From an uncultured Candidatus Saccharibacteria bacterium (GTDB taxonomy: Bacteria > Patescibacteriota > Minisyncoccia > UBA6257 > 2-01-FULL-56-20): a stretch of DNA of 64,000 bases. The position numbers and the translations under genes are program-made. This document shows positions 62,802-64,000 of this stretch, piece after piece. The stretch lies in assembly GCA_965231155.1 (NCBI GenBank), contig OZ246418.1:110850-174849 (forward strand), in the 5' to 3' direction. Below the pieces are notes generated by a model. The model saw only the letters and a list, made by a program, of their open reading frames with translations. It made no database searches and was not told the origin of the DNA. Within the stretch, counting starts at the first letter, position 1. The number at the start of each line of letters is the position of its first letter.

Positions 62802-63206
62802 TTATCTATTAAGGTAGGTAATGGTGAGTTGCAAACAGGTGGCGAAGGTGCCCCAGAGGAGATATGGAATATTCACATAGACGATCCAACGAAGCTCCGG
62901 CGAGGCATGCCAGATGGCATAGAACGCCCAGATGAGCGTGCCGACCACAAGCAGGATATCGATGGCGGCCAGGAGATTGTTTCTGAGACCAAACTGAATG
63001 GGAGTGAAAATGAAGTTGAAAAACAAATTGAGCGCAAACGGCAGGGCCACCATCCAGGAAATCTGCCTGGTCAACGCTTTATAAAATACCGTACCGAAAG
63101 AGACGGCGATAATCGCATACAGCACCGTCCAGACCGGCCCAAAGAGCCAGCTCGGTGGCGCCCATGTTGGTTTGATCAGTTGCGAGTACCAGTTGTAAGT
63201 GGACAT
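62802..63206 (-). CDS. tspO: TspO/MBR-family tryptophan-rich sensory protein.
   Basis: NWYSQLIKPTWAPPSWLFGPVWTVLYAIIAVSFG... matches the TspO N-terminal signature (W...L.KP.W.PP...F..VW..LY); five transmembrane helices; 134 aa. Confidence 0.75.
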   Translation of the reverse strand: MSTYNWYSQLIKPTWAPPSWLFGPVWTVLYAIIAVSFGTVFYKALTRQISWMVALPFALNLFFNFIFTPIQFGLRNNLLAAIDILLVVGTLIWAFYAIWHASPELRWIVYVNIPYLLWGTFATCLQLTITYLNR

Positions 63207-63263
63207 GGGGTTACTCCCCCATCATAAACTAAAAAGGGAGCAACTTATAGTCGCTCCCTTTGG

Positions 63264-63731
63264 TTAGATATTTATAGCTCGTTTGATTGCGGCTTCCAGT
63301 TCGAGGGGAGCATCTGTTCCTATGCGGTACACTTTTCCGTTTTTCATAGTTATCTGAACCGCGTCAAAGCCAGAAATATTATAAATCCACATCTTGGGCC
63401 ACAGCCACAACCTTATCCCCCAGCCATAGTACCAATGATTTTTTACTCGCTCGACTGAAACAATCTCACTCACTACAAAACGTGTGTGAAAGATGCCGTA
63501 GCCAAATTTGATCTGGAGATAGTTTCCATCAATGGACACCGTGAGCGTGGCGAACGATGCAAGAATAAACAGAACTAATACCATTACAGCAGTAACGGCA
63601 AGATTTGTACCTGAGTCAATGGAAGGAGGCTCGGCCCGGGCTGTAATTTGAGCCCATGCGAAGAGCACCAGCACGACAAGCGTAACAACTAGCATCAGAT
63701 ATCCAATTTGGGTGTGTTTATATGTGGGCAT
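63264..63731 (-). CDS. Hypothetical membrane protein with two N-terminal transmembrane helices and a small beta-rich C-terminal domain.
   Basis: 155 aa; helices LMLVVTLVVLVLFAWAQI and AVTAVMVLVLFILASFATL; no family recognised. Confidence 0.45.
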   Translation of the reverse strand: MPTYKHTQIGYLMLVVTLVVLVLFAWAQITARAEPPSIDSGTNLAVTAVMVLVLFILASFATLTVSIDGNYLQIKFGYGIFHTRFVVSEIVSVERVKNHWYYGWGIRLWLWPKMWIYNISGFDAVQITMKNGKVYRIGTDAPLELEAAIKRAINI

Positions 63732-64000
63732 AAGTTCATTTCACTAACTTTTTGGTGCCAATGGTTATTTTTTAGAGTACTAAAATTCTCATCTTCTGTC
63801 GTCTTCAAAAGTCTGTGCAAATCTTGCACAGACTGCGCCTCCTAAGACGTCATTAATACAACTTGATCATTAAAAAAGGCTAGTGGAAAGCTTTCTTTGA
63901 CGAGAAGGCTTATAATCTTCTACCAAGGTTATGGGGATATCTAACCCAGACTCTTTTTTTAAACGCAACTTGGCCTGCTCACAGTACTCTTGATTATTGT

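Noticed and set aside
1-64000. CRISPR arrays, rRNA genes, tmRNA or RNase P RNA.
   Set aside because: I saw no regularly spaced direct repeats and no rRNA-like conserved blocks. No other structured RNA was evident by eye. Covariance-model searches would be needed to exclude small ncRNAs.

Overview
This 64-kb window looks like chromosomal sequence from a low/moderate-GC bacterium with compact, often overlapping genes. The gene set (ComEC, soluble TraD/VirD4-like ATPases, a dockerin-bearing giant surface protein, many small hypothetical membrane proteins) is reminiscent of Patescibacteria/CPR-type genomes, but I cannot confirm that. Recognisable housekeeping genes include an AddA-like UvrD helicase-nuclease, RarA, an NRAMP transporter, ABC transporters, aminopeptidase N, tRNA-dihydrouridine synthase, TrmD, ComEC (split into two ORFs), SecD/SecF, an HI0933 flavoprotein, a Cas4-like PD-(D/E)xK nuclease, TspO, and two tRNAs (Arg-CCT on the minus strand, Ala-GGC on the plus strand).

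The standout feature is a 27-kb run of minus-strand genes (31061..58869). Inside it, seven tandem, strongly diverged paralogs of a ~560-600 aa cysteine-rich, multi-zinc-ribbon protein (36687..48795) sit between two paralogous soluble TraD/VirD4-like P-loop ATPases (34447..36177 and 48856..50298). A small cytidylyltransferase-like gene, two membrane-anchored proteins, and an HTH protein (sigma-70 region 4 plus two HARE-HTH domains) lie in the same run. An eighth, partial paralog is at the window edge (1..1566, minus strand).

The family has no signal peptide or transmembrane segment and shows mirror-like internal duplication: homologous double zinc ribbons at both termini and a duplicated CxNCFGC...LRNK..Y.I.N.QYSKEEY core. 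I do not recognise it as any characterised family. I consider it the candidate novel system; its function is unknown and everything said about function is inference.

Other observations: a GC-rich SPFH-like membrane gene and two other GC-rich genes that may be horizontally acquired; a possible LAGLIDADG-like ORF between the two tRNAs; several promoters with extended -10 boxes about 7 nt upstream of start codons, implying leaderless mRNAs; and a few perfect inverted repeats. I saw no CRISPR array, no transposase or integrase, and no rRNA.
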